A stretch of DNA of 63,310 bases, counting the filler, from Reticulomyxa filosa (Eukaryota; Protista; Foraminifera): NCBI GenBank assembly GCA_000512085.1. It is 17 parts of 17 records of this genome, joined end to end, with 100 filler letters (N's around TTAATTAATTAA, not from the genome) between each part and the next. Parts side by side here need not be neighbours in the genome. Positions count along the whole stretch, not along the records: positions 51,304 to 62,181 come from ASPP01009790.1; positions 62,282 to 63,310 come from ASPP01047499.1; 15 more parts are not named here. One strand, given 5' to 3'. Position numbers and translations under genes: made by a program. The notes beneath the pieces are model-generated. The model saw only the letters and a program-made list of their open reading frames with translations. It was not told the origin of the DNA and did no database searches. Below, piece after piece: positions 62,172-63,310 of the stretch (position 1 is the first letter of the stretch; each line of letters begins with the position of its first letter).

Positions 62172-63310
62172 TTTGGAAAAANNNNNNNNNNNNNNNNNNN
62201 NNNNNNNNNNNNNNNNNNNNNNNNNTTAATTAATTAANNNNNNNNNNNNNNNNNNNNNNNNNNNNNNNNNNNNNNNNNNNNAAAAAAAAAAAAAAACATT
62301 AATGTATACGTGTGTATATGTATATAGAGACGGATGCGAACAATAAAGCGAAAACTGTGGTTGGTGGTGGTGGTAATAGAATTTTTGTGGTATGTGCCTA
62401 ATATTTCGCGTAACGGGAAAAGCGCAAGCGATTTTGCTGATTTCGTATGCAAGGTGTAGTGATCGTAAGTGGATTTTTGTTGGCAATGTTGTTGGACGTT
62501 TGCTATCACGTTTCAATAACAGAGATAACAACAACCACGACGACATGCACAGGCAAGACGCAGACCTCTTCCATGGGCTCAAACAGTGGGAACATTGGAA
62601 TTGGATGACGCACCACCACCACTGTTTCCAACAGCGCCGAGAGAAAGAGCTAATACAATAGCAAGATCAGAATCGAGACGCAAAGAAACTGTATTTGGAA
62701 ATGGTAGCAAGACAGCAAGACGACCGCCAATAACAAGAAAAACTTGCCGTTGTGGAAATTGGTCTGTTTATGGATTTGCTCATTTTTTGCTAGACTGTCT
62801 CCGGAATGGGTACCTGCATTTCGTTGTTCTTGAAGTGTTGGATAATGCGGTGGATACAAGCATCGCGTAGCGTCCATCAAGTCGTCCGTCAGCCCATAGC
62901 TATCGTCACAAGGGTGACCAGAGCGGATTGGCTTCGTATTCTGAGAGAATCCATCGTGATATGGCGTTATAACAGTTGGACAAGATTCTCTCAAATAAAT
63001 CCCGGACAATCTCGATTTTTGCAATCGGACGGCACCAAGATCCAGTTTCCAAGATAAAAGAAAAGAAAAATGTGATGATATCGCGCAAAGTGGCAACGAT
63101 ATGAACATTACGGCGTCACAACGGCGGCAGCAGCGACGGGATTTACTGAAGGAATAGAAAAAGATGAAGAAAAGGACGTGGACATTGTCACATGTGTGGC
63201 GATCGAGTAAACCACGACATCAAAAGAACCATTTCATATGCAAAGATTCAATTTGATGGAGGGGTTATTCGAAGCTCAAGCCAAGATCATCCGCAAAACA
63301 AGAAGGGAAG

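Noticed and set aside
62392-63255. Frame interrupted only by TAA/TAG, suggesting TAR-to-Gln recoding
   Set aside because: The peptide looks unnatural, other frames look as coding-like in parts, and clear genes in the window end in TAA or TAG. A decayed or multi-exon gene is more likely; left unannotated.

Overview
This window is not contiguous DNA. It is 17 short contigs joined by 16 artificial 100-bp spacers (44 N + TTAATTAATTAA + 44 N; the 12-mer gives stops in all six frames). Fifteen contigs are AT-rich, intron-containing eukaryotic DNA. The Kelch and WD40 family styles, the homopolymer and (TA/TG)n-filled introns and the several G-alpha genes resemble the foraminiferan Reticulomyxa filosa; this is recognition, not a database match. 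Two contigs (1-1152, 14544-15747) are GC-rich bacterial DNA, probably alphaproteobacterial. Recognisable eukaryotic genes: a four-domain voltage-gated cation channel (domains III-IV), two G-alpha subunits, RPLP1, QDPR, proteasome beta1, a VAMP, a LACTB-like protein, KXD1-like and B12D-like proteins, a DH-PH-FYVE RhoGEF, glutamate dehydrogenase, WD40 and Kelch fragments, and a very large VLIG/GBP-type GTPase. The most notable unannotated structures are: (i) three ~220-bp TGT...ACA elements, each with its own perfect 4-bp target-site duplication (solo-LTR or Ginger-like); (ii) two copies of an internally deleted Tc1/IS630-type element with ~170-bp TIRs and a decayed HTH; (iii) introns that often use GTT donors and A-rich acceptors with no polypyrimidine tract; (iv) a membrane protein built from ~10 copies of an R...D-hydrophobic-R repeat; (v) non-canonical pore or catalytic residues in the channel and in a tail-anchored PhyH-like protein. 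Several single-base frameshifts lie in homopolymers and are probably pyrosequencing errors.
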